Positions 58,837 through 64,000 of a stretch of DNA of 64,000 bases are shown piece after piece; position 1 is the first letter of the stretch; each line of letters opens with the position of its first letter. The DNA lies in contig JAQBGV010000194.1 in assembly GCA_032128395.1 (NCBI GenBank), forward strand, positions 13,120 through 77,119, in the 5' to 3' direction. A program made the translations under genes and the position numbers. The notes under the pieces were generated by a model that worked only from the letters and a program-made list of their open reading frames with translations, was not told the origin of the DNA and did not search any database. Source of the DNA: Planctomycetota bacterium (GTDB lineage: Bacteria; Planctomycetota; UBA8108; UBA1146).

Positions 58837-59019
58837 TCGCTCACCCTTCTCCTCCGTGGCTGCGGTCCACAGGGACCGGGAATCCGCTCGACGTCGATCC
58901 GGGGGAAGGCTCTAATGTGCCGCTCGTACGCCATCCCCGGCGTTCAGCGTCGCTCCATTCCGGCTCCCCAACTGGCGCCGGCCATCGAATCCGAGTCTTC
59001 CGGGAGGGACAAGAGCACC

Positions 59020-59538
59020 GTGCTGCATCTCAACGAGATCGTACTTCGAATCTCAGAATCTTTCGCGAACCGACGGGGACTCTCTTCTCTCGCCCGCGTG
59101 CGATCGGTCGCCGGGGCCACCCTCGCGGCTCTCGCCGTGATTTCCCTCGGCTGCGCCGCGATGGGGCCTCCCGCCCCCTCGATCGACGTCATCCACGACC
59201 ATCAACCGGACGATATCCCCACCCCTCAGCGCTTCACCTTCGATGATGGCGAGCTCGCCTCGTTCGCCTACATCAAGTTCAAGGACGCCCCGCGACTCCC
59301 GATGCGCTCGATGAAGCTCACCTACTGGGGAGACCGCCCGGTGAAGGAGATCGAGGCGTGGTATCTCCAACAGATGCCGCTCCACGGCTGGAAGCACATC
59401 GCGACCGATGGCTACGCCGAGACGCACATTAGCTTCAGCAAGGGCCTCGAGCGTGCCGAGGTCTTCCTGAAGAGGACCCCGGACGAAAACGGCCGCTACT
59501 TCGTCACCCGCCTGATCATCGAGATCGGGGTGCGTTGA
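59020..59538 (+). CDS. Hypothetical lipoprotein
   Basis: Lipobox ISLGC; DIPTP...WYLQQMPLHGW. Start uncertain (59020 or 59098). Confidence 0.65.
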   Translation: MLHLNEIVLRISESFANRRGLSSLARVRSVAGATLAALAVISLGCAAMGPPAPSIDVIHDHQPDDIPTPQRFTFDDGELASFAYIKFKDAPRLPMRSMKLTYWGDRPVKEIEAWYLQQMPLHGWKHIATDGYAETHISFSKGLERAEVFLKRTPDENGRYFVTRLIIEIGVR

Positions 59539-59569
59539 AGGCTCCCGACGAGATTTCTAGGACGGACCG

Positions 59570-60391
59570 ATGGTGAAGACCCAGAGCAAGGGCCCCGGAC
59601 AACCCGCCCCCTCCAAGCCGGAGGCTCTCGACGAGAAGATCACGCACCTCACCGAGGAGGTGGCGCGCACCGCGACTCGCTACAAGGTGCCGATCCTCGT
59701 CACGCTGGTAGCGGTTGTCGCGATCGTCGCGGTGACCAGCCTCATCTCGATCCTCTCCGATCAACAGGAATCGTCGTGGAGCGACCAGATCTATCTCCTA
59801 TTCCAGCAGGAGCCCAGCCAGATCCGGGTCGACGGCCCGAAGCTCGCCGAACAGCTGCGAGGGACGCGGATCGAACCCGCGTTCATCGTGCAATACGCGA
59901 GTTGGCGCTTCAATCAGGGCGAACCTGGGGATCGGGAAGAGGCGATCGCACTGCTCGAGCAGGCGAAGGGTCGCAACCCGGACAGCATCTTGATCGGCCT
60001 CGCTCTCGGCGAGTTCGAGCAAGTCGCAAACGCCTCCGAAGGGTTCGTGCTGCCACCGATCCCGGAACCGAACGTCGCACCGGGGGGAACCGCGGGGCTC
60101 TCCCCGAATTTTCCGGGATTGGGTACCGCGTTTCCACCGCCCCCGGTCGTGACCGCTCCCCCCGAAAGCTCTCGAGCGCCAGATCCACCACCTTCGAGTG
60201 CGGACGGCGACGAGAGCGGGGAGATAGACTCTGGGTCTGGCTCGGGCCAAGACCCGGAGGGCGGCGCGACGGTAGAGCCTCCCGCGGTGGGGTCGGGGAG
60301 CGAAGACAGCGGGAGTGGGGGCGAGGATGACGCGAATTCCGGAGAAACTCGCGACCCTCCCGTACCGGCAACCGGAGATGGTGAAGGCTAA
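59570..60391 (+). CDS. Single-TM protein with a short helical/TPR-like periplasmic part and a Pro/acidic disordered tail (YfgM-like)
   Basis: TM segment at residues ~40-60, helical repeats, low-complexity tail. Confidence 0.55.
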   Translation: MVKTQSKGPGQPAPSKPEALDEKITHLTEEVARTATRYKVPILVTLVAVVAIVAVTSLISILSDQQESSWSDQIYLLFQQEPSQIRVDGPKLAEQLRGTRIEPAFIVQYASWRFNQGEPGDREEAIALLEQAKGRNPDSILIGLALGEFEQVANASEGFVLPPIPEPNVAPGGTAGLSPNFPGLGTAFPPPPVVTAPPESSRAPDPPPSSADGDESGEIDSGSGSGQDPEGGATVEPPAVGSGSEDSGSGGEDDANSGETRDPPVPATGDGEG

Positions 60392-61466
60392 CCCGGGAGG
60401 GCGTGAGCGAACGCTCACCGTCGAGCACGCCGAGGCGGGTCATCGCCTCGATGTCTTCCTCCACGAGCGACTCCCGGAGCTCTCTCGCTCGGTTCTCAAG
60501 CGCCTCGTCGAACAGGGGCACGTCCGCATCGCGGGACGCGCAGCGAAGCCGAGCCGACCCCTCCGCGCCGGTGAGACGGTCGAAATCTCGATCCCCCCTC
60601 CTCCCCCTCCCTTGCCGATCCCGGAGTCGTTCCCGCTCGATGTCATCCACGAAGACGCAGCGTTCCTCGTGATCCACAAGCCCGCGGGGCTGGTCGTCCA
60701 CCCCGGAGCGGGAAACCTCCACGGAGGTACTCTGGTCAATTCGCTGCTCGCCCACACCGATCAGCTCTCGCGGGAGGCAGGGGACTATCGCCCCGGGATC
60801 GTCCACCGACTCGATCGAGAGACCTCGGGGCTGATGGTGATCGCGCGCCATGACGATGCGCATCGCCGCCTCGCCGCCCAGTTCAAGGCCCGCATGGTGC
60901 GCAAGGAGTACCTCGCCCTGGCGCACGGAGAACCCGTGTCGCTGGAAGGCAGAATCGAGGAGCCGATCGGCCGCTCGCTCGTCAACCGCAAGCGGATGGC
61001 CGTCAGACCCGATTCGGGGGGGAAGGCCGCCCTGACCCTCTGGCGAACGATCGGCTCGCTCGGTCGCTTCACCTGGTTCCGCTGCTTCCCGCACACCGGG
61101 AGGACGCACCAGATCCGTGTGCACCTCAAGACCATCGGGCACCCGATCGCCTGTGACTTCCACTACGGTCGCGAACGCTCGCTCACCCTCTCCGAGGCGC
61201 AGGGGCGCAAGCCGCAGGGGAAGGAGGAGCCGGTGCTCAGCCGGCACGCCCTCCACGCCTTCCGCCTCGAGTTCCGCCACCCCGATGACGGGCAACTCCT
61301 CCAGTTCGAGGCACCGCTCCCCGATGATCTCTCGGCGCTGTGGGAGCGGTCGACGATCGATCGTTCCTCGCTCGACAGTCCCGCCCCGCCGCCTCCGACC
61401 GACGGGCACTTCGATCTCGGAAGCGACCCCCTCGCCCGGCTCGCTGGAGAGGAGGGGAAAGCGTGA
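60378..61466 (+). CDS. rluD: RluD-family pseudouridine synthase
   Basis: S4 domain RLDVFL, KPAGLVVHP, GIVHRLDRETSG and TGRTHQIRVH. Confidence 0.93.
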   Translation: MVKANPGGRERTLTVEHAEAGHRLDVFLHERLPELSRSVLKRLVEQGHVRIAGRAAKPSRPLRAGETVEISIPPPPPPLPIPESFPLDVIHEDAAFLVIHKPAGLVVHPGAGNLHGGTLVNSLLAHTDQLSREAGDYRPGIVHRLDRETSGLMVIARHDDAHRRLAAQFKARMVRKEYLALAHGEPVSLEGRIEEPIGRSLVNRKRMAVRPDSGGKAALTLWRTIGSLGRFTWFRCFPHTGRTHQIRVHLKTIGHPIACDFHYGRERSLTLSEAQGRKPQGKEEPVLSRHALHAFRLEFRHPDDGQLLQFEAPLPDDLSALWERSTIDRSSLDSPAPPPPTDGHFDLGSDPLARLAGEEGKA

Positions 61467-62284
61467 ACACCGTGCGCCGGTTCGCGGAGAGGGTCATCCT
61501 CTCACCCGAGCTCGGGGAGAAGCTCGCCCCCCCGCCGCGCGATCTCGTGGATGATGACCGCGGCGACGGTATCGCACCGGCCGCTCCCGTACGATCCCCG
61601 GAGCTCACCATCGTGTCCGGCCGCGAAGCGAAGGTGCCGGCCCTCGGCGGCTTCTCCGACCCCGAACAACGGCGGCGGATCATCCACTCCCTCGCGAATC
61701 ACGAACTCCAGGCGACCGAGTTGTTCGCGCGGGCGTTGCTCGCGTTCCCCGATGCACCGGCGGAACTCCGGGGCGACCTCCTCTCCGTCCTGCGCGAGGA
61801 ACAAGTGCACACCCGTCTCCACGTGCGCCGACTCGAAGCGCTGGGGGGGCGCTTCGGGGCCTATCCGGTGAGCGGGTATTTCTGGAACCGGACCGTCGCA
61901 GCGAACACCCCCGCCGAGTTCCTCGCGGCGATGTCGCTCACCTTCGAGAACGCAAACCTCGACCACGCCGCCGAGATCGCATTGGTGGCGCGGCAGCACG
62001 GCGACGAAGAGACCGCCCGGATCCTCGATCGGATCGGAGCGGACGAGGTCCGACACGTCGCACTCGGCCGCCACTGGCTCGAGCAGCTGGCCGATCCCGG
62101 GGAGACTCTCTGGGAGTCCTATCAGCGAAACCTCCTCTGGCCGCTGCATCCGGGTCGGGCCCGGGGTACCGATTTCCGGCCCGACCCGCGGCGCGCCGCG
62201 GGTCTCGACGAGGAGTTCATCGCGGGGCTCGCCGCCTCCCCGAGAGATGCGTTGCCGACCCGACGCGGGGAGGGATCCTCTTGA
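61463..62284 (+). CDS. Ferritin-like DUF455-family protein
   Basis: HSLANHELQATELF, EEQVH, FENANLD and DEVRHV di-metal-type motifs. Confidence 0.8.
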   Translation: MNTVRRFAERVILSPELGEKLAPPPRDLVDDDRGDGIAPAAPVRSPELTIVSGREAKVPALGGFSDPEQRRRIIHSLANHELQATELFARALLAFPDAPAELRGDLLSVLREEQVHTRLHVRRLEALGGRFGAYPVSGYFWNRTVAANTPAEFLAAMSLTFENANLDHAAEIALVARQHGDEETARILDRIGADEVRHVALGRHWLEQLADPGETLWESYQRNLLWPLHPGRARGTDFRPDPRRAAGLDEEFIAGLAASPRDALPTRRGEGSS

Positions 62285-63441
62285 GCTTCCGGCGCATCGT
62301 CGCGAACCTGGACTTCGAGCGGACGATCGCCCCCGGTGAGGGGCGCCCCGTGCGACCTCTGCGCCCGGACGCGGCACGGACCGCAACCCTCCTCGGGACC
62401 TTGATGCGCGTCTTCGGAGTCGCGGGGGATCGGCTCTGGCTCCCCGGTGCCCTCCCACCCCATCGAGTCGCCGACGTGGAGGGAATCACAACTCCTCCGT
62501 TCGAGAGTGGTGAACTCCGCCAGCTCGAACCCGCGATGGGTTGGCTCGCATGGGGAGAGACGGAGGCGGTCGCTGCGATGCGCTCCCGCGATCACGGGGA
62601 TCCTTTGCACGGAGACGACCCCTCGTCATCTCCACTCTGGATGCGCGTTTGGAATCTCCCTCGATCGATGCCTGCGGTCAGCCGCCATGTTCACCACCGA
62701 CACACGCATACCGTCCTCGCGCGCGAGCTCGGACTCGATCTTCCCGGGCAGCGTTGGATCGACTCCGTCGAGACCCTCGAGGAACACCTCGCGGCGGGGG
62801 GCGCAGAGACCTCTCCGGGGGAGCGCTGGATCCTCAAGCCCCCGTTCTCGGCGGCGGGGCGGGACTGGGTGCGCGCAGAGGGGCACACATTGCTCCCCGC
62901 AATCCGGTCCCAGATCGAGCGGACCCTCGAGGAAGGAGGATCGTTCCTCTTCGAGCCGCTCCTCGAGCGGATCCGAGACATCGGGATCACCCTCAGCATC
63001 AGCGACTACGGGGTCGAAGTGATTGGACGCCACGAACTCGAGACCGGGACCAGCGGTCGCTTCCGGGCGGTGCACATCCGGGGTGCTGCCTCCGAGGAAC
63101 CCGAGGACCGGTTCCCGGGAGATGCGGTCAAGGCTGCTCTTCGGATCGGCGAACGCTTGATCGCGCTCGGCTTCCGCGGACCGTGTGGGATCGACTCCTG
63201 GCTCGCAAAGACCGCGGATGGGAAGCACCACGCTCAGCTTTTCGGCGAGATCAACGCCCGACTCACGTTCGGCTGGCTCGCCCAGGCGTGGCGGGATCGG
63301 CTCGCTCAGCTGGGAAGGATCGACCCGGAGGGGGACTTGTCGCTCCAGACCAGCACCGAAAAGGCCCCACCTCGCGACTCGATCCCCCTGGTGACCCCCG
63401 GGGAACACGATCCCCTGGCGGCCTGGCTCGAATTCTCGTGA
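62281..63441 (+). CDS. ATP-grasp-fold protein of unknown function
   Basis: WILKPPFSAAGR, FLFEPLL, GFRGPCGID and EINARLT motifs. Confidence 0.75.
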   Translation: MSFRRIVANLDFERTIAPGEGRPVRPLRPDAARTATLLGTLMRVFGVAGDRLWLPGALPPHRVADVEGITTPPFESGELRQLEPAMGWLAWGETEAVAAMRSRDHGDPLHGDDPSSSPLWMRVWNLPRSMPAVSRHVHHRHTHTVLARELGLDLPGQRWIDSVETLEEHLAAGGAETSPGERWILKPPFSAAGRDWVRAEGHTLLPAIRSQIERTLEEGGSFLFEPLLERIRDIGITLSISDYGVEVIGRHELETGTSGRFRAVHIRGAASEEPEDRFPGDAVKAALRIGERLIALGFRGPCGIDSWLAKTADGKHHAQLFGEINARLTFGWLAQAWRDRLAQLGRIDPEGDLSLQTSTEKAPPRDSIPLVTPGEHDPLAAWLEFS

Positions 63442-63490
63442 TCTGACTCGGAAGTCCGCACCATTTTGCAGTGTGCACTTCCGAGTCAGA
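63442..63490. terminator. Strong hairpin immediately after the ATP-grasp gene stop
   Basis: Perfect 14-bp inverted repeat TCTGACTCGGAAGT...ACTTCCGAGTCAGA. No U-tract. Confidence 0.35.
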
Positions 63491-63638
63491 CCCCTCGATG
63501 CTGTGGAAACCCCCACCCTGTCCCTCCCCCTTGGGGGTGGGGGGACTTGCGCTTGCGGGCTGGTCGGGGACCCGGTAGTTTCCGATCTACTCTCCGCTTT
63601 TCTCCCTAGCCTAGTCCATGACCGGGATGGAGTTCGGC

Positions 63639-64000
63639 ATGTCCACCGACTACGTCGAGAAGTTCGATCAGGTGCCCCTCTTCGTGGGGCTGGAGATGCT
63701 CGAGATTCGTGAACTCCTGAAGATCACCGAAGGCATCCAGGTCAAGAAGGGCGATCTGGTCGTCCGCCAGGACACCCCCGGAGATGGCTTCTACGTGATC
63801 GGCGCCGGAAAGTTCGAAGTGCTGAAGGCCGGGAACAGTGACAAGGTCCTCGCCCGGCTCGAGATGCTCTCCTCGTTCGGGGAGATGTCGCTCGTCACTG
63901 ACGACAACCGCTCCGCCTCGGTGCTGTGTGTCGAAGAGGGCCGGCTGACAAAGTTTCCCAAAGCCGGTTTCGAGAAGCTCCTCGAGGCGGGAAGCCTCCC
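63639..64000 (+). CDS. Cyclic-nucleotide-binding domain protein (partial)
   Basis: VPLF...KGDLVVRQDTPGDGFYVI...G...FGEMSL...RSASV. Runs off the window end. Confidence 0.9.
   Translation, partial: MSTDYVEKFDQVPLFVGLEMLEIRELLKITEGIQVKKGDLVVRQDTPGDGFYVIGAGKFEVLKAGNSDKVLARLEMLSSFGEMSLVTDDNRSASVLCVEEGRLTKFPKAGFEKLLEAGSL

Noticed and set aside
1-64000. tRNA, rRNA, integrase, transposase or prophage genes
   Set aside because: No T-loop/CCA cloverleaf, rRNA-like tract or recombinase motifs found by eye.

Overview
High-GC bacterial chromosomal segment, most likely from a Planctomycetota genome (inferred from a cohesin/dockerin-type secreted protein, tandem PilB paralogs, a TsaC-phosphatase fusion and Ser/Thr kinases). 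It is densely coding and mostly housekeeping: ftsH; a 2-oxoacid dehydrogenase/lipoylation cluster (fused E1ab divergent from lpd-E1b-E2-lipB-lipA-tsaC/PTP-rpiB); a SurA/PpiD-like protein; rnr-rnhA; pilB-pilB-pilC; envelope and signalling genes; a DprE1-like oxidase with mqnD; a radical SAM fusion; MerR-TPR-FlgN-like-secreted protein; ldh-rnpA-yidD; lolCE-lolD; ABC transporters; rluD-DUF455-ATP-grasp. I found no tRNA, rRNA, CRISPR array, integrase or transposase. The most unusual items are: a tandem pair of ~125-bp hairpins whose main stem is closed by G-U pairs only on the + strand, interleaved with 15-bp repeats (12569-12885); a second dispersed REP-like family; a GGA-rich structured intergenic region; rnpA without rpmH/yidC and apparently starting at CTG; a pseudokinase missed by the ORF track; a kinase with four zinc ribbons coupled to a PP2C; and three frameshifted genes. 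All assignments come from motif recognition by eye, not database searches.
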